A stretch of 64,000 nt of DNA, from positions 192,001-256,000 of the forward strand of contig CAUVXB020000001.1 in assembly GCA_963555825.3 (NCBI GenBank), given 5' to 3'. Numbering within the stretch: position 1 is the first letter of the stretch; every line of letters starts with the position of its first letter. This document shows positions 29,073-41,000 of the stretch, piece after piece. The DNA comes from Alphaproteobacteria bacterium (lineage in GTDB: Bacteria; Pseudomonadota; Alphaproteobacteria; JAAXGF01). The position numbers and the translations under genes were made by a program. The notes below the pieces were generated by a model, which was not told the DNA's origin, made no database searches, and saw nothing but the letters and a program-made list of their open reading frames with translations.

Positions 29073-32000
29073 ATGGTGGTTCTGGACGAGGATTTTGGCA
29101 CCAACCTGACGCTGGTCGAGGGTAATGGCGGGGTCCGGTTGTCCCCCGTGTCGGTGCCGGAGCACGCGCCGCGCGACTGGCGGTCACAGTGTGAGCGGGA
29201 ACGGGCGCGGGCGGACGCGGCCGAAGCGCGCGCGGAAGAGCTGCGCTGGGCGGAAGTGGCCGCCCGCAGCGATGGCGGTTCGTGGAAGTCTCGGTTCAAG
29301 GCCTGCCGGCGCAGGCTGAGTGAGGCCGTCGAAGAGACGAAGGAAGCCCGCCGCACGGCAAGGGACGTGCCGTCCTTGCAGGCGGAAGTGGCGCGCCTGG
29401 AGACGCTCCTTTCTGAAGCCGGCATCGCGTCGGCCTTCGATACGGCCGGGGCGCTGCGCAAGGAGAACGCCCGGCTGCGCAAGGCCCTGGCGGCATCGAA
29501 GGCCCGAGAGGGCGCGACCGGGCCGTGGCCCGCTCCGCCCCGGCGGCGCACCGTCCTGGAGCCTTCCCCGGACCAGAAGGAGACCGTCAGGTCGCTTCGC
29601 ACGGAACTCCGCCGGCTCGACAAGGAGGTGGTCCGGCGGGACAAGGAGAACGCCCGGCTGAACACGCGCCTCGACCAGGAGAAGGAGAGGACGGAGCGCA
29701 TCAGGGAGACCGCGAAGAAGCTGTCCAGCGAGTCCCTTCGGCTCCACCGGGAGGTGAGGATACTGGGCGACGCCGAGGCCCGCGCCCGGTCGCTGTCCGA
29801 CGAGGTTTTCTGGCTGCGCCATGCCCTGGAGGTGTCCAAAGCCGGTAAGGAGAAGTTGAAGGCCCGGCTCGCCAAGCTTCGGGCGGCCGGGGCGACCCTG
29901 TCGAAGCTGCCGTCCGACGAGGCCGCTCAACTGCGCGCGGCGTTAAGGCGATCACGGCGTCAGAAGACGACGATCAACGCGCTGCGCAAGGGCAACGCCC
30001 GTCTGCGCAGGACCATGCGGGAGTTGGAGACCCGGAAAGCGGCGCTGGCGGTTCAGCCTGCCAAGCTTCGCGCGATCAGGAAGGCACTCGAGTCCGAGCT
30101 TGCCGGGCTTCGGGCGGTCAGGAAGACGTTGTCGAAGTCGCTGTCCGTTGCAGACGCCGATCTCCGCAGGGCTCTGCGAAGGTCGCGGCGCCAGAAGGCT
30201 ACGATCAAGTCGCTGTCCCGGGAGAACGCCCGCCTGCGCAAGGGCGCGAAGACGTCGCGGAACCGGATCGAGACACTGGAAGTCCAGCTTGAGAGGCTTC
30301 GTGCGACCGGGGCGGTGCTGTCGAGGGCGCTCTACGGCCGCAAGAGCGAGCAGCAGGACAAGCCGGGCTCGGAACACAAGCGCGGCCAGCAGCGCGGCGC
30401 GCCCGGCCACGGCCGCACCCAGCGGCCCGGGCTCGATGAGCGCACCGAAGAGCACAACCCGCCGCCGGATGCGTGCGTCTGCGGCCGGTGCGGGCAGCCC
30501 TATGCGCCGAACGGCGCCGAGGAATCCACCCTCGTCGAGATCGAGGTCAAGGCCTACAAGCGCGTGATCCGCCGTCCGCGCTGGCGCCGGACCTGCGAGT
30601 GCGCGTCGTCGCCCATGGAAGTGTCGGCGCCCCCGGTGCCGCGGCTGTTCCCCAGGACGCTCTACGGGACCAGCTTCTGGGCACGCTTCCTGTTCGAGCA
30701 CTGTGCCTGCTTCCGCCCCGTGCACCGCGTTGCCGCGTGGATGTCCGCCCAAGGGCTGACGGTCTCGCCGGGGACGCTGGCCGACAGCCTGAAGCGGTTC
30801 GTGCCGCTGCTCGAGCCGCTGGCCGAGGCGATCCTTGCGCACCAGAACAAGGCGGCGCTGCGCCATGCCGACGAGACCAGCTGGCGCGTCCAGGAACTTC
30901 GCGGGGAAGACCGCTCGAGCCGCGCCTGGCTGTGGGTCTCGGTCAGCAATGACGCGGTCTCTTTCCATATCGACCCCTCGCGCAGCGCCGAGGCGGCGCA
31001 GAAGCTGTTCGGCGACGCTCTCCTCGACACGGTCATCGTCTGCGATCGCTATAGCGCCTACAAGCGACTCGCTCGCCTTCGCGAGGGCAAGGTGACCCTT
31101 GCATTCTGTTGGTCCCATATGCGCCGCGATTTTGTCGAGTGCGCGGCCGGCCAGGTGAGACTGACGGACTGGTGCCAGGGATGGATCGAGCGGATCGCGT
31201 CGATCTACCGCCTGAACGAGGCGAGGTTGGCTCATTACGACCCCGTGATCAAGCGCCAGACGCCGGCGTTCGACGCGGCGCAGGGCGCGTTGAAGGCGGC
31301 GCTCGACGGCCTGTTCGCGGAGGCCGCCCGGGAGTTGGTCGGCCTGCCGGACCAGGCGCGCCAGGGCAGGGCGCTGCGCTCGCTGCTGAACCATCGCGAA
31401 GGGCTGAGCGTGTTCGTCGACCGCCCGCAGGTGCCTCTGGATAACAATCGCGCCGAAAGATTGTTACGAGGTCCGGCCATAGCAGCCCGTTGATTAAGTG
31501 GCTTTTTCCGGCTCTCACTCCCAGATGAGGAATGCGGCGGCGAAAACCGTCTGGCCGCTTTGCGAGACCCCCAGTGCGACCAGCATGGCCCCGGTGGGCG
31601 TGAGCAGCACGAAAATACCGCCATATCCGCCCGCCACGGCCTCCCGCGGGGTGCCGGCGCCGATGAGCTGGCGCATCAGCAACGATAGGTTGTGGCCGGC
31701 GACGTGGAGCAGGTATCGCTTGTGCACGTTCTCGCGGCCCCGAAGCCAGGTCCGGCGCATGCCGCCGCGATCGAGGTTGTGGGCGAAGGAGCGCTCGACG
31801 ATCTCGGCGCGCAGCTTGAAGGCTTGCTTGGCCACCCCCGATAACAGCCGGGTCCGGTTGTTGGTGACCGCGCGCCGCGCCGCCTCGTCGCCGCGCCAGC
31901 GCGCGAAGCCCTTCTGCTTGGGCTCGGCGATCCGGGTCTTCCACGGGCCGTTGTCCAAGGCCTTCAAGACCGCCCGTGAGTGATAGCCTTTGTCGGTCAC

Positions 32001-33176
32001 ACATTCGGCCGGGTCCTCTGCCGTCGGCGCCGCGTCAACGCTCGCAAGGTTCTCCTTGGCCGTCTCCAACGTTTTGGGAAGCGTCGTCGTGTCGCCCTCG
32101 TCGGCCGGGTGCAGCTCGGCGGCCACCACCGCGCCGGTGTCCAGATCCACCGCGTGCTCGGGCTTGTAGGCCAGATGCGTCGTGCCGTCCTTCATCTTGG
32201 CGATCTTGGCCTCGGGGTCGCTCTTCGAACCCAGTCCTCGTTGGAAAGCTTCTTGCCCTTGCGCTTGCGGTCCAGACGCGCCAGGTCCTCGGCCGTGGGC
32301 GTCTCGATGCCGCTCTCCCGGGCCAGGTGCTCCAGCATCTCCCGGTAGCCTTCACCCGTGTCGCGCCGCACGATGTTGCGCAGCGCCGCGTTGGCCTCCA
32401 TGGTCGAGGCATCCACCCCGATGCGCTCGCCCTTCACCAGACCCGCCTCGCCGATCAAGGCCAGAACCCAGTCGAAGACCGCCGCGTGGACTTCATGGGG
32501 CAGGCGCGCGCGGGTCTTCGACAGCCAGGAATGGTCCGGCACCCGCTCACGGCTCCCCAGTCGCAGGAACTCCCGCAGCGACAGGGAATCCGAGCAACGC
32601 CACTCCAGACCGCGCTCTGAGTCGATGCCCTCGAAGTAGCCCACCAGGTGCATGCGGAAATAGCGCCCGGGCGGCACCGAGGGCGCGCCCATCCTGGCCG
32701 CGTAATAGGGCCGGCAGCTCGCCTCGGCAAAGGCGTCGAAGCCGCCCTCGATCAGCACCGACTGCAGGCGGTCGTAAAACACATGACCCGGCGAGCGCGG
32801 CATCTCCGCCCAGCCCACCATCAAGTCCCCCTGACGATCCTTCTGCTGTCCCATCGCCATCGGCGAATCCTCCGGTCAAATCAGAACATCAAAGAATCAG
32901 ACCAGGCCGCTTGCGTCCAGTGCCGACTTCGTCAACGGGCTGATAGGGCGACGGCTGTCGTTCGGTTCCGACAGCGAGGACGGCGCCAGGTTCACGGCGA
33001 TCATGTACTCGGTGGTGGGCACGCTCTCGATGAATGGCATCGACATCCTGAGCTGGCTGGACACGTGGCTCGCAGCGTGCGCGGAGAACGATCGCAAACC
33101 ACCGGACGACCTGTCGCCGTGGCTGCCATGGTCGATGAGCGAGGAGCGCAGGCGCGAACTCATGGCGCCGGCGTGA
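29073..33176 (+). pseudogene. IS66 TnpC-type transposase with ~400-aa coiled-coil extension, split by IS1182 (29073-31482 plus 32947-33176)
   Basis: YGRKSE, CxCxxC zinc finger, HADET, CDRYSAY, CWSHMRR and DNNRAERLLR|GRRLSFGS motifs. Confidence 0.88.
31483..32942 (-). mobile_element. IS1182-family element with frameshifted transposase (32860-32192 and 32195-31515)
   Basis: IR CAGCCCGTTGA / TCAACGGGCTG; 4-bp TSD ATAG; PDHSWLS, GVDASTM and TDKGYH motifs. Confidence 0.88.
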
Positions 33177-34054
33177 CCGGCGCGATCGAGTGCCGTTATT
33201 ACGGCCGCGACTTCACCGCCGGGGAAATGGCGCTGCTGCGCGCGCTGATCGCCGGGCCGCCGCCGTTGAACCGCCATATGCTGTCGAAGGAGTTCTGCCG
33301 GCGCATCGGCTGGTTCAAGCCCGACGGCGGCCTCAAGGACATGATGGCCAGGGTCGCCATGCTGGCCATGCACAGGGACGGCCTGATCGCCCTGCCGGCG
33401 CCGCAGGGACGGCAGAACCGGCCCGGGCCGATCGTCTTCGGGCCGGACACCGAAGCGCCGCTGTTCCCGGCCCCGACGACCCTCGACAAGGTCCGTCCGC
33501 TCGACCTGCGCCCCGTCGTGCGCGGCACCCGGGAGAGCAAGCTCTGGAACGAGTTCGTCGCCCGCTACCACTATCTCGGATACAAGACCCTGGTCGGCGC
33601 CCAGATGCGCTACGCCGTCCACGACCGCGACGGCTGGCCGCTCGCCATGCTCGGCTTCTCCACCGCCGCGTGGAAGCTCGCCCCGCGCGACAACTTCATC
33701 GGATGGACACGGCAGAAGCGCGAGAAGAACCTTCCCTTCGTGGTCGACAACCCGAGATTCCTGATCCTGCCCTGGATCAATATCCCCAACCTGGGTTCGC
33801 ACATCCTGGCCATCATCCGCCGGCGCCTGCCCGATGACTGGACCGAGCGCTACAACACCACGCCCGTGCTCATCGAGACCTTCGTCGAGACCCCGCGCTA
33901 CACCGGCGCCGTTTACAGGGCCTCCGGCTGGACCCGCGTCGGGACCACCCAGGGGCGCGGGCGCTACGACCGGGACAGGCAGTCCGACAAGCCTAAAAAG
34001 GATGTCTGGCTCCGGCCCCTGCGACGGGATTGGAAACGCACCCTCAATCGCTAA
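33173..34054 (+). CDS. DUF4338 (Druantia DruA-like) domain protein, IS66 passenger
   Basis: HYLGYKTLVGAQMRY, RDNFIGW, RFLILPW, ETFVE and GAVYRASGW motifs; GTG start overlaps the transposase stop (GTGA). Confidence 0.85.
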   Translation: MTGAIECRYYGRDFTAGEMALLRALIAGPPPLNRHMLSKEFCRRIGWFKPDGGLKDMMARVAMLAMHRDGLIALPAPQGRQNRPGPIVFGPDTEAPLFPAPTTLDKVRPLDLRPVVRGTRESKLWNEFVARYHYLGYKTLVGAQMRYAVHDRDGWPLAMLGFSTAAWKLAPRDNFIGWTRQKREKNLPFVVDNPRFLILPWINIPNLGSHILAIIRRRLPDDWTERYNTTPVLIETFVETPRYTGAVYRASGWTRVGTTQGRGRYDRDRQSDKPKKDVWLRPLRRDWKRTLNR

Positions 34055-34149
34055 AATCGGCCGGGGCGAATGGAAACGCCCGCGCTGATTCCACGGCCTG
34101 AACGAACGCTTACGTCCTCCCCCGCTTGATTGCCTGGTTTGGCCTCCTC

Positions 34150-34990
34150 GCCACACTCATCATCAACGATCTCGAACTGATCGCGCAGAACCCTCTCCAG
34201 GATCGCAAAACTGGAAAGCTTTGCCGCCGCCGTGTCACGGAATTGCAGCACCAGGGCTAGGAGATACTGACCCGCTTCGCCGAGGCGCCGTTTTGAAACA
34301 CTCGGCGCCGTATTCGCGAACGCGCCATTACCCTCGCGATCGACATAGCGGCGGATCACCTCCTTGCTGATCTGCTCGTGCAGACCGGGATGATATCGCT
34401 CAAGCTCACGGGCAAACTTCGAGATGCTCTCAACAACGATACCAAGTCGTGTCAGCGCCCGCATTGCCGAACGAAGGGCCGTCGAATCCATGCGTTGGTG
34501 GCTGGTATCGACAGAGAACCCCTGCACCAGCCGATCCGTCAAACACCGGAACAGCAATTCATCGAGACCTTGTTCGATAAACAGACGGCGATAGTTGCGC
34601 AGGGTTTTCTCACAGAAATAGCTGTCCGCTTCGCTGCGCACGTCCAAGGCATAGTGCCACGCCATATTGAAGGCCAGGGCCTCGACGGTCTCTGCATCGC
34701 TCAGATCGTGCAGCTGCTGCAAAAGCAAGACCCCGATGACAACGTGTAGATCCTTCGATGGTCGGCCCATGCGTTCATCAAGGTGACGGCAAAGATCGTC
34801 AACCGGAAGTTCGACAAGCAGATGGTTCCGAAAAACCCCGGCCCAGGATTGCTCCATCAGGCGCCGACGTTTGTCCCCGAAATCGGACCAGCGATCAAAC
34901 AATTCCCCAGTCCGTCGGTCGCGTAAAGTAAACATGCACAATTATAATCCAGCCGACTCTCATGAGGAATCGACTTTTTACCGCCCCGTC
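34150..34990 (-). pseudogene. Truncated second copy of the ISNCY element (5' half)
   Basis: Near-identical to 3573-4413; same junction with the IS256 end. Confidence 0.9.
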
Positions 34991-36354
34991 AAAAGTTGTG
35001 TATGGGCTGATCATGCGGCGGCGCGATCCTGGCGTTCTCCATCTACGAATTTGACGCCGCGAATGATCTCGGCGAGATGGTTCGATCCATCGAGTTTTCT
35101 CCATTTTCTCTGAGCGCACTGGCATAGTTTGAAGACCATGGCCATCGCCGTCTTGCGCGACAGGCAGCCCTTGGTCCGGTAGGTGCGCAGACGAACCGTG
35201 GCGAACGTGCTCTCGATGGGGTTGGTCGTGCGTACATGCTTCCAGTGCTCGGCGGGGAAGTCGTAGAACGTCAGCAGGACGTCGCGGTCCTTGGCCAGGC
35301 AGGCCGCGGCCTTGTCGTACTTCGGCCCGTAGGCTTCCAGGAAGAAGTCGAAGGCGCTCTCGGCATCCTTCCTGGTTTCGGCCATCCAGATGTCTTGCAG
35401 GCGCCCCTTGGCTTTCTTTTGCAGACCCTTGGGCAGCTTGTTCAAGACGTTGCCCGTCTTGTGAACCCAGCAGCGTTGCTCGCGGGCGCCTGGGTAGACT
35501 TGGCGGAGCGCCTTCCAGAAGCCGAGCGCGCCGTCGCCGAGCGCCAGTTGCGGACCCATTTCAAGGCCGCGCCGCTTGAGATCGAGCAGAACTTCGAGCC
35601 AGGACTGCTCACTTTCGCGATAGCCGTCGGCGATGGCGATCAGTTCCTTCTGTCCCTTGTCCGTGGCCCCGACGATCACCAGGATGCACTGCTTCTCTTC
35701 CTCCATGCGGGCGCTGAAATAGATGCCGTCCACCCAGAAATAGACGTAGCGCTTGGCCGTGAGGTCGCGCCGTTGCCAGCGCTCCGCCTCAACCCCCCAG
35801 ACCTCTTTCAGCCGGGTGATCGTGGAGGCCGAAAGCCCCGGCGCGGAGCTCCCCAGGAGCGCCGCCAAGGCTTCCCCGAAGTCGCCGGTGGAAATGCCCT
35901 TCAGATACAGCCATGGCAAAAGGTCTTCCAGGCTCTTGGCGCGGCGCAGATAGCGCGGCAGGATCGCCGACGTGAAGCGGATGGCGCCGTCCCCCCGGTC
36001 CCGCACACGGGGTTGGCGCACGCTCACCGGGCCGATCCCGGTCTGGATGAAGCGTTCCGGCAGATATCCATTGCGGACAACCCGGCGGCGGCCGGCGGCG
36101 TCAACAAGCGCCGCATGGCTACCCAAAAACACGGAGACCTCGGCCTCAACGGCTTGGGCCAACAACTCGCGAGCTCCAGCTTGTAGGACTTCCGTCAACG
36201 GATCTTTCTGAAAATCAGATGGGTTTTGAAAAGCAACAACGGTATTCTCTTTCATGGCGTATCCTTCCTTGGCTTAGCTCAAGTGGTGACATCAACAATC
36301 ACCAGGATACGCCGCCTTCATTTCAACGCCGTACACAAGATTCGGTTATAGCTC
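34988..36354 (-). mobile_element. IS256-family element, copy 3 (transposase 35011-36255)
   Basis: Identical transposase; outer right IR displaced by the ISNCY insertion. Confidence 0.93.
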
Positions 36355-36650
36355 GGAAAAGTGGAGGCGCCCTACACCGTTTGCATTGCTTCTGCCTCGA
36401 ATTTGACGGGGCTTGTGAAGTCCAGCGTCGAGTGCCGACGGACTGGATTATAGAACCCATCGATGTATCCGGCTATGGCAGTTTCAGCTTGGCTTCTTGA
36501 CATGAACACAGTCCTCCAGATCAGTTCTGACTTGATGGTTTTGAAGAAGGTCTCGACGACGGCGTTATCATAGCAATTTCCCTTACCGCTCATTGAGGCG
36601 AGGAAACCGAGTTCACCGAGGCGCGCCTGGTATGCGTCTGAGCAGTACTG

Positions 36651-38122
36651 GGCGGATTCAACCGGTCGTCGCAACACATTCAGTTTGACTGGCCTGCAAG
36701 CACTGGTCCAGAGCTTCGGCGGGAGTTCTCCATCCGAGGGTCTTGCGGGGCCGTGTATTGAGCGCGTCAGCAACAACTGCGAGTACGTCCGGACTGTGTA
36801 CGCTCAGATCGGTTCCTTTCGGGAAGTACTGTCGAAGCAGTCCATTGGTGTTCTCGTTCGTTCCGCGTTGCCAAGGGCTGTGCGGTTCGCAGAAGTAGAC
36901 GGGAAGGCCGGTTGCGATCCGAAGATCCGCATGCCTGGCCATCTCTGCTCCCTGGTCCCAGGTCAGCGAGCGGCGAAGCTGCGCTGGCAATGTCGTGATC
37001 GTCCGGGCGATGGCATCGCGAACCGCTTCAGCCCCATGACCGGCAAGCGCAGGCCCGTTCTTCACGCGCGGGACGGTGCCGTGGCCTTCCATTCGGGGAA
37101 GATGCAGCAGCATTGTGAACCGCGTGGTGCGTTCCACCAGAGTGCCGATCGCCGATCTGCCCAAGCCGATGATCAGGTCACCTTCCCAGTGTCCGGGTAC
37201 GGCCCGATCAGCTGCTTCCGCCGATCGTTCACTGATCATGATCTCAGGCGTGACGAAGGATTTGCCCCGCCGGCGGCTACGTGCCCGAGGCACGCGCAGT
37301 GCCCTTCCCGTGCGAAGGCAGGCGGTCAGCTCACGACGGAGTGCGCCGCGGCCCTGTACGTAGAGCGCCTGATAGATCGCCTCATGACTGATCCGCATCG
37401 CTTGATCCTCGGGCCCGTCCCCAGGATAGTCGATCCGAAGACGGTGCGCGATCTGCTCAGGACTCCAGGCCCTGGCCCATCGCCTGTGCTGCCGCGGCCC
37501 ATGCCGACGACCGTTCCAGACGACGCGTGGCCCCTCGATCACCGTTCCATCCGGTGCCGAGATCCGACCCGCAAGCCGATCCTGCACATAGCGCCGCAGC
37601 GCCTCATTCGTTGCCAGCTTAGCTGGCTTCGGCCTTTTGGCGGATCGATCAGCATGCCACTGCGCCGTCGTTGCTCGGTAGTCCAGGCCACCGCTTCGGG
37701 TCGCCGCGTTGCGCCGCACCTCGCGGGAGATCGTCGACGGTGCTCGCTCCAGCCGGCAAGCAATATGACGTATGCCTCTTCCCTGGGCGCGCAGAAGAGC
37801 AATCTCCTCACGTTCCTCGAAAGACAGGTAACGTCCTGACAGCGGCTTGGCCGATTGCGATAAATGTGATGGTGGCATGCCGCCCGACCTCCGGAACCAC
37901 CTCGAGCCTACCGGAGGGGATACACCGGCATCTCGGGCCGCGTCCTCGCTCGAACGCCCCGTCGCAATCGCTGCCCAGAACCGAACAAGCTCCTCACGCC
38001 GTGCCGAGTCCGGTCGACCTGGCGAATGCAACTTGCTCCGTCCAGACCGATCCGACCGCCGTCTGCGTACCGTCATAGTAACCTCCTATGCCAGAGTGTT
38101 GCGACGACCGATTGAACTCGCC
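36651..38122 (-). mobile_element. IS30-family element; transposase 36658-38076
   Basis: ~27-bp imperfect IR GGCGrrTTCAAyCGGTCGTCGCAACAC; 3-bp TSD CTG; GHWEGD, WDQGAE and ENTNGLLRQYFPKG motifs. Confidence 0.93.
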
Positions 38123-38134
38123 CTGGCTTCCCCT

Positions 38135-39495
38135 GACGCTCTCATGTTTGTCAAGCACTCGATGGGGCGGTGAGTACGCGGTAGATCTCGCGGGCCACGT
38201 AACGCTTCAGGCCGCGCATGATCTCGCGTTTGGACAGCCCCTCCAGGGTCCTGCGAGCGACATAGGCTCGGGTCCGCTCGTCGGTTCGCATTCGGCACAC
38301 GACGACCATGTGCAGGGCGGAGTTGGCTTGGCGGTTGCCTCCGCGGTTGAGACGGTGGCGTTGCGTCTTCCCACTCGATGCGGGGATCGGGCAGACGCCG
38401 CACATCATGGCGAAGCTCGCCTCGGAGCGGAGCCGATCCGGGTTATCCCCAACGGCGACCATTACTGCGCCTGCGTTCTCGGTGCCCACGCCTTCGAGCT
38501 CAAGCAGACTGGGGGCGAGCTCCTCGACCAAGGGGACGATGAACCGGTCGAGTTCAGCGATCTCGTCGTTGATGTCGAGGATTCTGCGGGCGAGGGACTT
38601 CAGGGAGAGCTTGGTCGCGACCACCGGGTCTCGATAGCCGACCGTGTCCGGCCTCCAGGCCGCACAGGTACGCAGGCGCTGCATGCGGGTGAGGTTGCGG
38701 ACCTGGTCACGCACTTCCTCCGGTGCGGCAACGATGGTGTTGTGGAGTTGCTGCAGGGCCGCGCGGCGGCACTTGATTGCCGTCTTTCGCGTTGTTCGCA
38801 GCACCCGCAGGGCTTCCACGGTGCCGGAACGGTCTTTGGCCACCTGGACCCGGCGTCTTGTGCGCGCCGCCTCGGCCGCGGAGATCGCATCCAGGGCGTC
38901 GTCCTTGCCCTTGGCTCTTCGGCTGGCTGGGTCCGGCCCGGTCACCTCGAGCACGGGGATACCCGAGAGTGCCAGGTGCCGGGTGATGCCGGCTCCGTAG
39001 GTACCGGTGGATTCCACTCCTACACGAAGCAGCTCGCCATGAGAGCGGAACCAGCGAAGCATCGCCCGGTAGCCGGCTCGGGTGGTGGAGAACGATTCGG
39101 TACCAAGCACCGTTCCGTCGTGGCTCACGACGGCGGCGGTGTGCAGGTCCTGGTGGGTGTCGACGCCACCGATGATCTGGATGTTGTCGGCTGTTGCAGT
39201 CGCCATGTCCGCCCCCTGGTCTATGATGGGTGGAGGGGTTGGCTCCGAACTCAGCCGATGTCGGACACGACAGTGACGGGGCGCCCAAGGCCGGGCTCTC
39301 ATCAGGTCACGATGTCGGTCGAGGTCGGAACCTCAACCGGTTGCCCCCGGGTGGCCGACATGTCCGGGGAATGACATCTCGGTCGATCTGAGTGTGGGTC
39401 AAGCCACCCAAGGGCGGCCGGCCCTATCAGTCTAGATGCGTCTATCGCTGTGCGGGTCAGGTCACTCCGAGGGAACCGGCCCGCAGATACTCACT
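38135..39495 (-). mobile_element. IS110-family element; DEDD recombinase 38151-39206; 287-nt upstream non-coding end
   Basis: GVDTH, ESTGTYG, KDDALDA and SSGK motifs; no IR; AG core repeated at both junctions. Confidence 0.9.
39207..39493 (-). ncRNA. Predicted IS110 bridge RNA region
   Basis: Non-coding left end of IS110 with short matches to the donor junction and the target; inferred from family knowledge. Confidence 0.6.
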
Positions 39496-40434
39496 ATCGC
39501 TATGGTGGATCACACCGGCGCCAGGTTGGCGCAGCCCGATAGCACGGTTAAGCGCCCTGAGCGGCAGGTCGCTGGTCATGCGAGCGCCCACGGCCCAGCC
39601 GATGACGCGCCGGGAGTAGAGGTCGAGCATGACGGCCAGGTACCGCCAGCCCTGTGCCGTCCAGATATAGCTGATGTCGGCAGCCCATTTCTCGTTGGGT
39701 GCCTCGGCGGAGAAGTTCTGGTCGAGAAGGTTCGATGCGACGGCCTTGTTGTGCTGGCTGTCCGTCGTCTTTTTGAACTTCTGTTTCCGTTTTGGAGACA
39801 ACCCATTTCCCCGCATCAGCCGAGCCACCCTATGGCGTCCAACCTCGATCCCATTCTCGGCAAGCTCGTGATGGACCCGCTCTGCACCGTAGCTCTCGCG
39901 GCTGCGCCGAAAGGCTGCCCGGACATGGGCGAGTAGAACCATGTCATCGAGCTGTCGCTGGCTTGGGCCGCGATTGCGCCAAGCGTAGAAGCCTGAGACG
40001 CTGACCTGCAGCAGTCTGCACAGGCGGAATATCGGCATCGCCAACCCGGCCCTCTCCGCGTCGATGAACCGGAACCTCATCGACTTTCCCTGGCGAAGAA
40101 GGCCAGCGCTTTTTTTAGCAGATCACGTTCCTGACGGGCCAGATCACGCTCTCGGCGTAGGCGGGTAATCTCCTTCGCTGCATCCTCATGCGGACCGGAA
40201 AGCAAATCCTCCTCACGCAATTCTGTGACCCAGCGGCCGAGCGCGCTGACGCTGATCCCAAGATCTCCTGCTATCTGCCGCTGCCTGCGCCCGCTCGTCT
40301 GTAAAAGACGGACGGCTTCTTCCTTGAAGGCCCGATCAAACCGCCGGCCCTTGTTCCCATTCTGCTTCGACATTTGCACCTCCTGCGATCAAAATCCTAT
40401 CGCAGGACGTCTCCACTTTCGTCAGCAGGGTCCA

Positions 40435-41000
40435 CAGCGAGGAGTGCAGGTGACAGCTGTTGCCGGCGAACTCGTAGTCCCACTTGGCCATGAAGGTGAC
40501 GCTCTTGCCCTGCTGAAATGCGATCTCCTTTACCGCATTCTTGTAAATGACGTGGCGATCCGCCATCTCGAGCGCCTCCGCGTAGCGTAGATTGATCTCT
40601 TCCTGGCCGGGCCCGAATTCGCCCTTGGAGAACTCAACCGGGACCCCCGCCTCGTCCAGAGCGTTGCGGATCGCCCGGATGAGCTCCTCCTCCTTGCTGG
40701 TCTGGAAGATGTGGTAGTCCTCGATGTACCAGCCCGCGGTCCTGGCGCCGCGGTAGCGCTTCTCCCGCAATGCCTCGAACGACTCGTCGAAGACGTAGAA
40801 CTCGAGCTCGGAGCCCATGTTGGCGACATAGCCCTGTGCGCGGGCCCGCTCGATCTGGCGCTTGAGGATGGTTCGGGGCGCATGGGGCACCTCCTCGCCG
40901 TGATGATCCACGCAATCGCCGAGCACCAGCGCTGTGGCGGGCAGCCACGGGATGCGGCGAAGAGTTGAGAAATCCGACTTCACCACGAAGTTCCCGTAGC
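40435..41000 (-). pseudogene. Internal fragment of a glutamine synthetase-like gene
   Basis: GSELEFY, SKGEFGPGQEEIN and GNSCHLHSSLW motifs; bounded by IS3 sequence on both sides. Confidence 0.85.

Larger units (their letters stand above)
28950..34113 (+). mobile_element. Atypical IS66-family element (3700 bp net) carrying a DUF4338 gene; interrupted by IS1182
   Basis: Perfect 26-bp IR GTAAGCGTTCGTTCAGGCCGTGGAAT; 8-bp TSD GTCCTCCC at 28942-28949 and 34114-34121. Confidence 0.93.
36355..40434 (-). mobile_element. IS3-family element (OrfA 40077-40373; OrfB 40080-36372) interrupted by IS110 and IS30
   Basis: TGGACCC left end; A7G slip site 40110-40116; OrfB rejoins as HHSD-RGSQ-YCS; GNCYDNA motif. 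Confidence 0.88.

Noticed and set aside
32195-32240. Programmed frameshift in the IS1182 transposase
   Set aside because: No slippery motif at the break; it looks like a single-base loss from mutation or sequencing error.
32648-33172. N-terminal extension of the DUF4338 ORF (468 aa in the track)
   Set aside because: It crosses the IS1182 end and the transposase tail; the coupled GTG at 33173 is the plausible start.
32897-34156. 419-aa minus-strand ORF
   Set aside because: Antisense shadow of the DUF4338 gene in high-GC DNA.
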